From contig CAWGJO010000020.1 of assembly GCA_963822945.1 (NCBI GenBank), forward strand, positions 512,001 to 576,000: a stretch of DNA of 64,000 bases, read 5' to 3'. Source of the stretch: an uncultured Gemmatimonadaceae bacterium. GTDB lineage: Bacteria; Gemmatimonadota; Gemmatimonadetes; Gemmatimonadales; Gemmatimonadaceae. Each line of letters opens with the position of its first letter. The stretch's first letter is position 1. Of the stretch, positions 1 through 10,213 are shown one piece after another. Made by a program: the position numbers and the translations under genes. The notes beneath the pieces were generated by a model. That model did no database searches. It was not told where the DNA came from and worked only from the letters and a program-made list of their open reading frames with translations.

Positions 1-2
1 CA

Positions 3-659
3 GCAGCTCTCGAGCACCACGGGCACACGCCGACCACCACCGGCCTCGACCACCGCAAGGTGGCCATCTGGGCCTTCATCGGGTCGGAGTGCATGCTCTT
101 CGCGTCGCTCATTTCCACGTACCTGATCTACAAGGGCCGCAGCGTGACGGGCCCATTCCCGCACCAGGTGTGCAGCCCGCCGGTGTGCGATACGGTCATG
201 AAGCCGATCCTGAACATTCCCGTCACCTCGGCTTCGACGTTCGTGCTCCTCATCTCCTCGCTGGCCATGGTGCTCGCCCTGGCCGCCGTCGAGAACGCCG
301 ATCAGCCCAAGCACACACTCGGCGAGAAGATCCTCGGCAACTCCAAGCTGTGGCTCTTCATGACGGCGCTGCTCGGCACCACCTTCCTGGGCTTCCAGGC
401 GTACGAGTTCACCTCGTTCGTGCACGAAGGCCTGACCATCCGTACCAACCTGTTCGGATCGTCGTTCTTCACGCTCACCGGGTTCCACGGCGCCCACGTG
501 ACCGCCGGCGTGCTCTGGCTGCTCACCCTGCTCGCCATCGACATCAAGCGCGGCCTCAAACCCAAGGACGCACTGATCGTGGACATCGCCGCGCTCTACT
601 GGCACTTCGTGGACGTGGTCTGGATCGCGATCTTCACGCTCGTGTACCTCATCCATTAA
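3..659 (+). CDS. ctaE: Cytochrome c oxidase subunit III (5' truncated by window)
   Basis: WAFIGSECMLF, FFTLTGFHGAHV and LYWHFVDVVW motifs; frame is open back to the window edge. Confidence 0.95.
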   Translation, partial: AALEHHGHTPTTTGLDHRKVAIWAFIGSECMLFASLISTYLIYKGRSVTGPFPHQVCSPPVCDTVMKPILNIPVTSASTFVLLISSLAMVLALAAVENADQPKHTLGEKILGNSKLWLFMTALLGTTFLGFQAYEFTSFVHEGLTIRTNLFGSSFFTLTGFHGAHVTAGVLWLLTLLAIDIKRGLKPKDALIVDIAALYWHFVDVVWIAIFTLVYLIH

Positions 660-671
660 CGAGACCACCCC

Positions 672-1031
672 ATGGCGCATTCGTCCTCGGCCGACGCTCA
701 CGTCACCCATTCCGACCACGTCGCGTTGGGTGAGCTGAAGGAGCACCCGACCTGGTCCGTGTACTGGAAGGTCGCGGTCATCCTCACACTCATCACCGCC
801 GCCGAAGTCTGGGTCTACTACATCCCGAGCTTCGTCGCGTCGCATCTCTTCGTGCCGACCCTCCTCGCGCTGTCGGCCCTCAAGTTCGCGATCGTCGTCC
901 TGTTCTACATGCACCTGCGCTACGATCACAAGCTGTTCCGCGCGCTGTTCACCGGGCCGCTCATCATCGCGATGATCACCATCGTCTCACTCATGTTCCT
1001 GTTCGGCCACCTGGCCATCCACGCCGGGTGA
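672..1031 (+). CDS. ctaF: Cytochrome c oxidase subunit IV family
   Basis: Three TM helices, KFAIVVLFYMHL motif, directly after subunit III. Confidence 0.9.
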   Translation: MAHSSSADAHVTHSDHVALGELKEHPTWSVYWKVAVILTLITAAEVWVYYIPSFVASHLFVPTLLALSALKFAIVVLFYMHLRYDHKLFRALFTGPLIIAMITIVSLMFLFGHLAIHAG

Positions 1032-1071
1032 GCCGGCTCGGGCGGGAATCTCGCCGGGAAGTCCCCGGCAT

Positions 1072-1107
1072 TTCATCCGCGTGATCCGCTGAATCCGTAG
1101 CATCCGA
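1072..1107. repeat. Degenerate 9-nt-period tandem repeat (core ATCCG x4)
   Basis: ATCCG at 1075, 1084, 1093, 1102. Confidence 0.6.
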
Positions 1108-1116
1108 TCCTGAACT

Positions 1117-1170
1117 CCGAGAGGCCCGCCCAGCGCGAAGTTCCTTGCGCCGGGCGGGCCTCTCGGTTTC
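1117..1170 (+). terminator. Hairpin terminator after cox operon, between convergent genes
   Basis: CCGAGAGGCCCGCCC...GGGCGGGCCTCTCGG stem followed by TTTC. Confidence 0.65.
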
Positions 1171-1199
1171 TGAAACCGGATCGGGTGGATTCGGCGGCG

Positions 1200-1691
1200 C
1201 TATTCCTTCCCCTCCAGCGCGTAGACGAGGCTCTCCGCCAGATGCGGGTGCGCCCGCCACATGTAGGCCCCCATGGTGAGCGCGGCAATGAGATTCCCCA
1301 CCGCCACGTCGTACCAGGCGAGCACCCCGAACACCGGCACGTCGCTGAACGCCGAGGTGAGCCCGTAAAATCCGGCCTCGAACATCACGAACAGAATGAG
1401 CGCGCCGGCCATCACCGTCGGCTGCCGATCCGCCCAGTTCGCCACCGCCGCCACCACGAGCCCGGCGACGATGAACGCCAGGTAGTGGAAGACCGTATAC
1501 CCGATCACGACCAGCAGATCGGTGTTCCCATTGGTCGTCTGGCCGAACAGGGTGAAGAACCCGCGGCCCAGCTCGATGGGCGTCTGGAACGGGTGCCGCA
1601 TCACGACGTCGATGATGAAGAACCAGGCCGCGACGCTGGTCGCCCCCAGGACGCCCGCGATGCTCCCTTCCCGTAGAATGCCGTTCCGCAT
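1200..1691 (-). CDS. Hypothetical integral membrane protein
   Basis: 163 aa, about 4 hydrophobic helices, GGAGG upstream of ATG. Confidence 0.8.
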   Translation of the reverse strand: MRNGILREGSIAGVLGATSVAAWFFIIDVVMRHPFQTPIELGRGFFTLFGQTTNGNTDLLVVIGYTVFHYLAFIVAGLVVAAVANWADRQPTVMAGALILFVMFEAGFYGLTSAFSDVPVFGVLAWYDVAVGNLIAALTMGAYMWRAHPHLAESLVYALEGKE

Positions 1692-1750
1692 CCGCCACCT
1701 CCTTGGATCGTTTCGGCACGAGCCGTCGCTCGCTATGTTAGTAGCCCCAG

Positions 1751-3022
1751 ATGCCGCCGGTCAGTTCCCCGCCGTCCCCGCCCCAGGCGCAGGCTGCGCC
1801 CCGATCCAGCACCGCTCCCCGCGAACGGCTGCTGTCACTCGACGTCTTCCGCGGCCTCACCATCGCCGGCATGCTGCTCGTCAACACGCCCGGCACCTGG
1901 AGCGCCATCTACCCGCCGCTGGAGCACGCCGCGTGGAACGGGTGGACACCCACCGATCTCATCTTCCCGTTCTTCCTGTTCATCGTCGGCATCACCACCG
2001 AGCTCTCCCTCTCGGCGCGCCGCGCCCGCGGCGACGACGAGGGCGCGATTCGGCGGCAGATCGTCCGGCGGGGCGCGCTGATCTTCCTCTTCGGATTCCT
2101 CCTCAACGGTGTCCCCTTCTTCACCTGGACGGCCATCCCGGGAAACCCCGATCCCACGTTCCTCCAACGGGTCGTGGACCGACTGTACGACTGGCGCCTT
2201 CTCGGCGTGTTGCAGCGCATCGGCATTGCGTACCTCGCCGCCGGGCTCATTGCCCGCCGCGCCTCGGTACGCCGCCTGGTGACGGTCGTCACCGTCATCC
2301 TGCTCGGGTACTGGATCGCGCTCACCGCCCTCCCCGTCCCCGGGACCCACGGAACCCTCGGCGCCCTGCTGTTCAACCGCCCCGACGCGACCATGGCGGC
2401 CTGGTGGGACCGGTTCCTGCTCGATTGGACCCGTTTCGGCCTCGGAAACCACATCTGGCCGAGCAGCGTGACATGGGACCCCGAGGGGTTCTTCTCCACG
2501 ATTCCTGCCGTCGCCACCTGTCTGATCGGCAACCTTGCGGGCCGTTGGATCGTCAAACAGGAGCGGCCGTTGCTCGAACGGGTGAGCGCGCTGTTCGCGG
2601 TCGGCGCGCTGGGCATGATGGTGGGCTTGATGTGGAATTGGGTGCTGCCCATCAACAAGAGCCTCTGGACCAGTTCGTACGTCGTGTTCACGGGCGGGGT
2701 GGCCGCGGTTTCCCTGGCCACCATCATCTGGGTGGTCGATGTACGGCACGTGAAGTGGTGGGTGCGGCCGTGGGTGGTGTACGGGCGGAACCCGCTGATT
2801 GCATATGTTGGCTCGTTCTTCATGGCTCGGATGATCTATTCCGTGCTTTCGGTGTCCTATCACGGCCGAGTCATGTCGCTTGAGGAAGCGATCTTCCGCG
2901 CGCTGTTCCTGCGGTGGGCATCGCCGGTCAATGCGTCGCTCGCGTTCGCCGTCGCGTTCGTGTTACTCTGGTACGGAATCCTGGTCGTGCTCGATCGGCG
3001 ACACATCATCCTCAAGGTCTGA
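1751..3022 (+). CDS. HGSNAT/NagX-like membrane acyltransferase (DUF5009 type)
   Basis: RLLSLDVFRG, TPTDLIFPFFLFIVG, GVLQRI, DPEG and PINKSLWTSSY motifs. Confidence 0.9.
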   Translation: MPPVSSPPSPPQAQAAPRSSTAPRERLLSLDVFRGLTIAGMLLVNTPGTWSAIYPPLEHAAWNGWTPTDLIFPFFLFIVGITTELSLSARRARGDDEGAIRRQIVRRGALIFLFGFLLNGVPFFTWTAIPGNPDPTFLQRVVDRLYDWRLLGVLQRIGIAYLAAGLIARRASVRRLVTVVTVILLGYWIALTALPVPGTHGTLGALLFNRPDATMAAWWDRFLLDWTRFGLGNHIWPSSVTWDPEGFFSTIPAVATCLIGNLAGRWIVKQERPLLERVSALFAVGALGMMVGLMWNWVLPINKSLWTSSYVVFTGGVAAVSLATIIWVVDVRHVKWWVRPWVVYGRNPLIAYVGSFFMARMIYSVLSVSYHGRVMSLEEAIFRALFLRWASPVNASLAFAVAFVLLWYGILVVLDRRHIILKV

Positions 3023-3073
3023 CCGCCGGGCTCTGGTTCCGGTCGTCCTCATTCACCACGTCATCGGATCGTC

Positions 3074-4630
3074 ATGAAGCTTGCGGCTGCTGTTGTCTCG
3101 ATTCTCGGGGGAGTCACACTCGTCGCCGCCACACGCGGCGGCGCCGAATCGCCGTCCCATGCCGTATCGGGCGCCGCTTCCCGTGACGGAGGCGCCGCCA
3201 TCGCGACCATGGCGCCCACCCATGCCGTATCGGCCGCCCGAACCGCCGCCATGTCGAGCCGCGTGCGCTCGCTCGACCTGGACGTCAACTACGTGCTCAA
3301 CGCCAGGGTGCGCAGCGGCCATTGGGGGGCCATCGTCGTCTCCCTGACCCGCGGCGATACGCTGTTCACGCACCGGGCCGACGACCTCATGCAGCCCGCA
3401 TCGACGCTCAAGCTGTTCACCACCGGGTTGGCGCTCGACCGGTTCGGACCCAATTACCAGATCGGCACCGACGTGCTCCGCGACGGCGATCTGAAGCCCA
3501 ATGGAACGCTCGACGGGAACCTCTACCTGCGTGGTGGCGGCGATCCCGCCATGTCGATGCGATTCTTCGGCTCGGCCAACACGCCGATGGACAACCTGGC
3601 CCGCGCCATCGCCCTCACCGGGGTCAAGCACGTGACCGGCGATCTCGTCGCCGATGCCAGCGCCTTCGATGGCGAGCGGATTCCCGATGGCTGGAAGCGG
3701 CGCTACCTGTCGGCGGCCTACGCCGCGCCCGTCTCGGCGCTCTCCCTGAACGAGAACGTGCTCTGGGTGGCGGTCACCCCCGCCAGCGGCCACGCCGACA
3801 TCGCGCTCGAGCCGGCCACCACCGCATTCAGCATCACCAACAACGTCACCCTGCGCCCGGGGCGGCACGACGCGCGGATCGTGGTCTACCGCCGTCCGGA
3901 TGGGAATCTCGACGTGCGGGGCTGGATCGGCACCAAGACGCCCACCAAGCGCTACTCCGTGGTGGTCAACGACCCGCCCCGCTTCGCCGCCGGCGCGCTC
4001 CGCGCCGCCCTGGCAACGCTCGGCATCACGATCGACGGCTCGCTGCGGGAGGGAATCACCCCCGCCTCGGCGCAATCCGTCGCCTCGCTCGAATCGCCGC
4101 CGCTCGCGCAGATCGTCTCGGAGATGAATCGCGAGAGCATCAATCACGTCGCCGAACTGCTGTTCCGCGACGCATCCCGGGCCACGGCGCCCAACCACGT
4201 CGGGTCCGTGGCGGCCGGCGAGACCGCACTGCGCGACTTCCTGACCACCAAGGTGGACGTTCCGGCCGGCGATGTGCGCGTGGCCGACGGCAGCGGCCTC
4301 TCGGTGCGCGATTCCGTGACCCCGCGCGCGATGGTGCATCTGCTCTCATTCGCCCACCACGCGTCCTGGTCCTCCGCGTTCCACTCCTCGCTCCCCGTGG
4401 CCGGCGAATCGGAGCTGCTCAAGGGCCGCATGCGTCGCACCGCGGCCCAGGGCAACCTGCACGCCAAGACCGGCACCACGAACACGGTGGTGTCCCTGGC
4501 CGGGTACGTGACCGCCGAGGACGGCGAGATCCTCGCCTTCGCATTCATCTACAACGGCGCCGACCGCTGGAACGCCCGCGCCGCCATGGACAAGACCGGG
4601 GCACTGCTCGCGTCGTTCTCGCGGAACTGA
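3074..4630 (+). CDS. dacB: D-alanyl-D-alanine carboxypeptidase/endopeptidase (PBP4, S13)
   Basis: PASTLK (SxxK), SIN (SxN), DGSGLS, KTGT; signal peptide. Confidence 0.95.
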   Translation: MKLAAAVVSILGGVTLVAATRGGAESPSHAVSGAASRDGGAAIATMAPTHAVSAARTAAMSSRVRSLDLDVNYVLNARVRSGHWGAIVVSLTRGDTLFTHRADDLMQPASTLKLFTTGLALDRFGPNYQIGTDVLRDGDLKPNGTLDGNLYLRGGGDPAMSMRFFGSANTPMDNLARAIALTGVKHVTGDLVADASAFDGERIPDGWKRRYLSAAYAAPVSALSLNENVLWVAVTPASGHADIALEPATTAFSITNNVTLRPGRHDARIVVYRRPDGNLDVRGWIGTKTPTKRYSVVVNDPPRFAAGALRAALATLGITIDGSLREGITPASAQSVASLESPPLAQIVSEMNRESINHVAELLFRDASRATAPNHVGSVAAGETALRDFLTTKVDVPAGDVRVADGSGLSVRDSVTPRAMVHLLSFAHHASWSSAFHSSLPVAGESELLKGRMRRTAAQGNLHAKTGTTNTVVSLAGYVTAEDGEILAFAFIYNGADRWNARAAMDKTGALLASFSRN

Positions 4631-4633
4631 ACC

Positions 4634-4677
4634 GGGGGCCCGACCGGCGCAAAGACAACTGCGCCCGGCGGGCCCCC
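4634..4677. terminator. GC-rich hairpin between convergent genes
   Basis: GGGGGCCC...GGGCCCCC outer stem with inner CCGG/CGCA pairing. Confidence 0.5.
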
Positions 4678-4711
4678 TCGAGACACCGGCCAGCGATCAC
4701 TGCCTACCGGG

Positions 4712-5866
4712 CTACCGCACGGTCTCCTTGATGTCGATGCCGCGCTTCCGCAGCTCGGCGATATAGGCCTCGGCCGGCATCGCTTCGTCCGGCGTGCGCA
4801 CGCCGAGCGCCGCAACCTGCCCGCGCGCCTGCATGAGCCCCGTGATCGACAGCGAGAAGCCGGTGGTCCGCTCCATGGCGCTGATCCCCGTGGACGAGTC
4901 GTAGCGATCGACGAGGTCCCACTCGAAGGTCTTCGGTTTGCCGCCCTTCTTCCCCGACACGATCACGCGCAACGCCACCAGGTCGGCGCTCTCAGGCTTC
5001 GTCAGGCGCGGACCCATGGCGGCCACCGCCACCGCGCGCGGCGACACCTGCATGCCATTCACCTCGATCGGCTCCTGTTCCAGCAGCCCGAGGTCGCGAA
5101 TCGCTTCCATGATCTTGGCGTGTCCCTGGTACCGGAGTGTCTTGTACTCCATCGTCGGCACCTTGCCCTCGTAGCGCGACGCCATGGTCGACAGCCCGCC
5201 CGCCGTGTGGAAGGCTTCGAGCGTTCCGATGGGGCTCGGGAAGTCGATCGCCTCGAGCTCGGACAGCGCCTTCACCTGCGTCCGCTTCCCATGCCGCAAT
5301 ACCCATGACAGCGTCGTGTAGTAGTCGAGCACGCCTTCCAGGGAATACACGATCTGGTAGTTGAGCGGTGCCTGCGGATGCTGCGGCAGCCCCCCAACGT
5401 AGATCTTCACCGCATCCACGCTGTCGAGCTGCCGGATGCCCAGCTCGGCCAGGATGTTCACCATGCCCGGCGCCAGTCCGCAGTCGGGCATCACGGAGAT
5501 CTTCTTCTTGGTGGCCTCGGCGTCCAACGTCTTCTGCTTGAACACGATCTCCGTGTTCCCGCCCAGGTCGGCGAAGTGGATGCCCGCTTCCACGGCGCAC
5601 TCGGCCATTTCGAAGTTGAAGTAGTAGGGAATGGCGCTCATCGCCGCGTCGCATCCCTTCATCGCCGCCAGCACCGCCGCCCGATCCCGCACGTCGAGTT
5701 GCAGAGGCTTGAGTTTCTTGTCCGCTCCCGGCGCCTTGGCCAGGAACTCCGGCAGGGGGTCGACGTGCAGATCGGCGATGCGCACCTCACTCACGTCGGG
5801 GTCCTTCAGCAAGTCGTACGCGCAGGCGGAGCCCTGAAGCCCCGCGCCCAGCACGAGCATTTTCAT
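4712..5866 (-). CDS. Saccharopine dehydrogenase / lysine 6-dehydrogenase family
   Basis: Start MKMLVLGAG with GGAGG RBS; DLGG, DCGLAPG, YVGGLPQ, EYKTLRY motifs. Confidence 0.88.
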   Translation of the reverse strand: MKMLVLGAGLQGSACAYDLLKDPDVSEVRIADLHVDPLPEFLAKAPGADKKLKPLQLDVRDRAAVLAAMKGCDAAMSAIPYYFNFEMAECAVEAGIHFADLGGNTEIVFKQKTLDAEATKKKISVMPDCGLAPGMVNILAELGIRQLDSVDAVKIYVGGLPQHPQAPLNYQIVYSLEGVLDYYTTLSWVLRHGKRTQVKALSELEAIDFPSPIGTLEAFHTAGGLSTMASRYEGKVPTMEYKTLRYQGHAKIMEAIRDLGLLEQEPIEVNGMQVSPRAVAVAAMGPRLTKPESADLVALRVIVSGKKGGKPKTFEWDLVDRYDSSTGISAMERTTGFSLSITGLMQARGQVAALGVRTPDEAMPAEAYIAELRKRGIDIKETVR

Positions 5867-5994
5867 TCGGATGTGCCTCCACGGTTCGATGCACGGAACT
5901 GTTGTATCATTCAAAGTTAACCGCCCGGAAGGGGCGGTGTCAGGCGTTTCCCAGGGGAATGGGGACCGCATATGTCTCTTTTCTGGACCGTACC

Positions 5995-6447
5995 ATGACG
6001 CAGACTCCCGCCAACTGGCAGACGCACCTCGTCGATGACGATGCCGGGCTCCGGCGGATCATCGAGCAGTCACGCCGCATCGCCGTGCTCGGCATCAAGA
6101 CCGCGGAATCCGGGCAGTCGGCCTACCTCATTCCCGAGGCCCTGCAGCGGTCGGGCTTCGAGATCGTTCCCGTACCGGTCTACTATCCCGAAGTGACCCA
6201 GATCCTGGGACAGCCGGTGTACCGCACGCTGGCGGCGATTCCGGGACCGGTGGACCTCGTGGACGTGTTCCGCCGCCCCAAGGACATTCCGCAACACGTG
6301 GACGACATCATCGCCAAGCGCCCCCGTGCCGTCTGGTTCCAACTCGGTATTCGCAACGACGAGGCCGCCGAGCGACTGGCACGCGAGGGCATCGACGTCG
6401 TGCAGGACCGCTGCCTGATGGTGGAGGCCCGACGCATCGGCCGCTGA
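5995..6447 (+). CDS. CoA-binding protein (YccU-like)
   Basis: IAVLG, VDLVDVFR, VWFQLGI, VVQDRC motifs. Confidence 0.9.
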   Translation: MTQTPANWQTHLVDDDAGLRRIIEQSRRIAVLGIKTAESGQSAYLIPEALQRSGFEIVPVPVYYPEVTQILGQPVYRTLAAIPGPVDLVDVFRRPKDIPQHVDDIIAKRPRAVWFQLGIRNDEAAERLAREGIDVVQDRCLMVEARRIGR

Positions 6448-6460
6448 GCACCCGCGCCCG

Positions 6461-8095
6461 CTACTTCACCTGGATGCGGGCCAGCAGCGACACGTCGGGA
6501 TCCGCCACGAGCGCCGTGGGCGCCGACCGGAGCCGGAGCGGGATGGTGGTCCTCGTTTCGGCCGTGGCGTCGAGGTCGATCGTCGCGACCTGCGTCTGAC
6601 CCTGCGCGTCCCGCAGCTCGAGGGTGAGCGGCATCCGGAAGTACCCGAACCGGTCGCCCTGCGAGACCGTCACGCGCACGGCATAGGCCGAGGCGTCGTA
6701 CGACCAGCTCACCGTGAGTTCCGGATACCCTGGACGCCGCAGCCACTGGTCGAAGAACCAGTGCAACGGGCGTCCCGAACTCCGCTCAAGTGCATCTCGC
6801 AGATCCGCCGATGTCGCGTTGCCGAATTCGTGCGCGTGGAAGTAGATCCGCAATCCGCGGAAGAAGTCGCTGTCGCCCAACTCGCGCCGCAGCATGTGCA
6901 GCACGAAGCCGCCCTTCTGGTAGCTGTTGGCGTCGAGCAGCGCCATGAGGTTGGTTTCGGTGGTATCGATCACCGGCCGCGTGGCCACGCGCTCGTCGCG
7001 GAGCACGCGCGCGCGGATGTCTCGCATCGTCTCGCGGAACACGCTGTCGCCGTGGGCGTGCTGGGCCCACAATGCCGAGAAGTAGGTGGCGAACCCCTCG
7101 GACAGCCAGAGTTCCGGCCAGTCGCGCTCGGTGACGGCATCCCCGAACCACTGGTGCGCCGTCTCGTGCGAGATCAGCCCATCGTTCATCGTGTGCCGGC
7201 GGAACGCCTCGTCCGAATAGAAGATCTCGGTGGCGTTCTCCATGCCGCCGAACCGCGTGGACGACTGCACGTGGGCGAGCCGCTCGAACGGGAAGGGCGC
7301 GATCAGCTGCGAGAAATAGGTGACGATGCCCGCAGCCGCGCTGAACGGACCCGGCATGTAGTTCGCCTGCGCGGGCGCCGTGTACACCACCTGCGGCACG
7401 CAGCGGGACACGCTGCCGTAACCGCACGCCGTTTCACCGAGCGGTGTCTCGACCAGCGGGGCCGCCGCGATCACCATCAGGTACGTCGAGATGGGGCGAA
7501 TCTCGTTCCACTCCGTGACCCGCCGCGGCACTCCCCCGGGACGGAGCGGGCGTACCGCCGACTGCCCGGTCCGCGTGCCGTTGCCGATCACCGTCTCCGA
7601 GGCCGGCGCGCTCACCCACCACGACACCGTCGCCTTGTCGCTCGGGTGGTCCACCGTGGGCAGCCAGTGCCGGGCACGGTTCGGCCAGTTGTCGCCGAAG
7701 TACGTCCACCGCCCCGCGCTGTCGCGCCGGATGATCAGCCCGTCGTTGGGGACGCCGTCGTACGACACCTCCACGCGCAGCGTATCGTGCATCCCGGACG
7801 GAAGCGGAACGAACAAGCGGTCGGTGGTGCGCCGGCCGATCGACGGCCGGCCGTTCACGCGCACACTGTCCACCTGCAGACCCACCAGATTCAGCGTCAG
7901 CGTGTCGGCCGGGCTGCGTCGCGCCACGGTCAGCGTCGCAATGCCGCTCACGTGCTTGCCGGTGTCGGGCAGGGTGATCGCGAACCGGTAGTGCAGGACG
8001 TCGAGCGCCGAGTCGGGCAACGTCACCTGGGCGCCCACGCGCGGCACCAGAAGCAGCGAGGCCATCGCGGCCATCCGCACGAGCTTCGGTGTCAT
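6461..8095 (-). CDS. Secreted M1 family aminopeptidase
   Basis: GGMEN plus HETAHQW...LSEGFA zinc motif; signal peptide; ATGA overlap with kinase stop. Confidence 0.92.
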   Translation of the reverse strand: MTPKLVRMAAMASLLLVPRVGAQVTLPDSALDVLHYRFAITLPDTGKHVSGIATLTVARRSPADTLTLNLVGLQVDSVRVNGRPSIGRRTTDRLFVPLPSGMHDTLRVEVSYDGVPNDGLIIRRDSAGRWTYFGDNWPNRARHWLPTVDHPSDKATVSWWVSAPASETVIGNGTRTGQSAVRPLRPGGVPRRVTEWNEIRPISTYLMVIAAAPLVETPLGETACGYGSVSRCVPQVVYTAPAQANYMPGPFSAAAGIVTYFSQLIAPFPFERLAHVQSSTRFGGMENATEIFYSDEAFRRHTMNDGLISHETAHQWFGDAVTERDWPELWLSEGFATYFSALWAQHAHGDSVFRETMRDIRARVLRDERVATRPVIDTTETNLMALLDANSYQKGGFVLHMLRRELGDSDFFRGLRIYFHAHEFGNATSADLRDALERSSGRPLHWFFDQWLRRPGYPELTVSWSYDASAYAVRVTVSQGDRFGYFRMPLTLELRDAQGQTQVATIDLDATAETRTTIPLRLRSAPTALVADPDVSLLARIQVK

Positions 8096-9168
8096 CGGCC
8101 GACCCTCCGGCCCACCGGCTCGTTGCCGGTCGACCCGGCATCGCCGGCAGCCCGGGTGAATGCGTCCGCGAATTCGAGCGCGGTCTGGTATCGGTCGTCG
8201 GGATTGCGTGCGAGCGCCTTGATGAGCACTTGCTCCACCGCCTCTGGAAAGGTCATGTCCGGATGTATCCGCCGCAGCGGAACGGGATCGCCGCGCAGCC
8301 GCGCGACCATCATCTCCTGCTGGGTGCGCCCCTGGAAGGGGAGACGGCCCGTGAGCGTCTCGTAGATCACCAGCGACAACGAATAGATGTCCGTTCGCGG
8401 ATCGAGCGGCCTGCCCCGCAGCTGTTCCGGGCTCATGAACTCCGGCGTGCCCATGATGATCCCCGTCGCCGTCAGCTTCTGCAATTCGGCCCCCGCCCGG
8501 CGCTCCTTGGCCAGCCCGAAGTCCATCACCACGGCATACTCGGTACCGCCCAATCCGCGGCAGATCATGATGTTCTCGGGCTTCAGATCGCGGTGGATGA
8601 TCTTCAGTTCGTGCGCCACGTGCAGTCCCGCGGCGATGTCGCGCACCAGCGGCACCAGCTCCTCGAGCCGGAGATGCCCCATTCGCTGGTTGCGCTCCGA
8701 CAGAATCTCGCCCTCCACGAACGGCATGACCACGTACACCAGGCCTTCGCTGGTCTCGCCCATCCGGACGATGTGGCACACGTTCGGATGGGCGAGCCGC
8801 ATCCCGAGACTGGCCTCGCGCTTGAGACGGGCCATGGCGTTCGTGTCGTTGGACATCGTGCCCGAGAGCACCTTGATCGCGCACGCATCCTGCGACACGA
8901 CATCGGTGGCGAGATAGACGAAAGACATCCCGCCTTCGCCCACCTTGCGCTCGATCCGGTACCGGCCGTCGAGCACCCTGCCCACGATTTGACCGCCCCC
9001 GCCCTCCTTGCCACCGCCAACGGCGGAACCTGCATCCGGCTGCGTCCGCGCCGCCGTGCGGCGGCCGTCCGTCGTGGCATACGGCTCTCCCGACAACCGG
9101 GTGCCGTCCCGTGTGCAGAACTTTGCGTCGTCGGCGTATTCTCGGCGACAGGCAGGACAGCGTTTCAT
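8092..9168 (-). CDS. Hanks-type Ser/Thr protein kinase with N-terminal zinc-ribbon-like motif
   Basis: GEGGMS, AIK, HRDLKPEN, DFG, GTPEFMSPE; CPAC...FCTRDG; no TM segment. Confidence 0.93.
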   Translation of the reverse strand: MKRCPACRREYADDAKFCTRDGTRLSGEPYATTDGRRTAARTQPDAGSAVGGGKEGGGGQIVGRVLDGRYRIERKVGEGGMSFVYLATDVVSQDACAIKVLSGTMSNDTNAMARLKREASLGMRLAHPNVCHIVRMGETSEGLVYVVMPFVEGEILSERNQRMGHLRLEELVPLVRDIAAGLHVAHELKIIHRDLKPENIMICRGLGGTEYAVVMDFGLAKERRAGAELQKLTATGIIMGTPEFMSPEQLRGRPLDPRTDIYSLSLVIYETLTGRLPFQGRTQQEMMVARLRGDPVPLRRIHPDMTFPEAVEQVLIKALARNPDDRYQTALEFADAFTRAAGDAGSTGNEPVGRRVGR

Positions 9169-9226
9169 GGGCCGAAGGTGCCGCGTCCGGTGCGCAACGT
9201 CAAATCGCCGCGGGTCATGCGCCAGG

Positions 9227-10213
9227 TCACGTGTCCGACAGCAGGGCCTGCAACCCCGCCCAGTCCACGTTGCCGCCGCTCAGTACGGCCACCGTAGATC
9301 CCGTTACGCGCACCGCGCCCGACATCACCGCAGCCACCGTGATCGCCCCGCTCGGTTCGGCCACCAGCTTCGCCCGTTCGAGCAACAGGCGCATCGCGTC
9401 GCGAAGCGCGGCGTCGTCCACCAACACCACCTCGTCCACATAGCGCTGGTGATGGGCAAAGGGCAGATGGCCGATCTCCACGGCCAGGAGACCGTCGGCC
9501 AGGCTCGCCGTTTTCTCCAGCCGCACGGGGGTGCCCGCCGCGCGCGCCCGCGTCAGTTTCGGGGCGCCGGCCGGTTCGACCCCGATCACGCGGACGCCGG
9601 GGGCGGTCAGCTTCACGGCCGCCGCCACGCCGGCGCTCAGCCCGCCGCCACCCACCGGCACCAGCACGGCCGTCACGCCGGGCAGCGCCTCCGTGATTTC
9701 GAGTCCCACCGTGCCCTGGCCGGCGATGATGGTCGGGTCGTCGTACGGCGGCACCACCGTCGAGCCCTCTGCCCGCGCGATCTCGAGTGCTCGATCCATC
9801 CGGTGCGCGGTGGTCGTACCCGCGAGTTCGACGCGCGCCCCCAGGCGCTCCGCGCCCGCGCGCTTGGGTGCCGTCACCGTCGTGGGCATCACCACCGTGG
9901 CCGGGACCCCGAACATGCGCGCCGCCAGCGCGACCGCCTGCGCGTGGTTGCCCGACGACGGCGCGATGACCCCGCGGGCCCGGACCGCCGGCGCCATGTT
10001 CGACAAGTAGTTGTAGGCCCCGCGAAACTTGAACGCGCCGCCCCGCTGCAGCATCTCGGGCTTCAGCCAGAACTCGGCGCCCGTCGCCTCGGCCAGCGCA
10101 TCGAACGGCAGCAGAGGAGTGCGCACCGCCACCGGCGCCAGCACCTCGGCGGCTCGGCGCAGATCGTCGAGCGTCACCAGCGAGCGCGCCGGCTCGTCCT
10201 GCGGATCGTTCAT
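9227..10213 (-). CDS. PLP-dependent threonine/serine dehydratase (serine racemase-like)
   Basis: GAFKFRGA, SSGNHAQ, PVGGGGL, EPSGA, LSGGN; no regulatory domain. Confidence 0.92.
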   Translation of the reverse strand: MNDPQDEPARSLVTLDDLRRAAEVLAPVAVRTPLLPFDALAEATGAEFWLKPEMLQRGGAFKFRGAYNYLSNMAPAVRARGVIAPSSGNHAQAVALAARMFGVPATVVMPTTVTAPKRAGAERLGARVELAGTTTAHRMDRALEIARAEGSTVVPPYDDPTIIAGQGTVGLEITEALPGVTAVLVPVGGGGLSAGVAAAVKLTAPGVRVIGVEPAGAPKLTRARAAGTPVRLEKTASLADGLLAVEIGHLPFAHHQRYVDEVVLVDDAALRDAMRLLLERAKLVAEPSGAITVAAVMSGAVRVTGSTVAVLSGGNVDWAGLQALLSDT

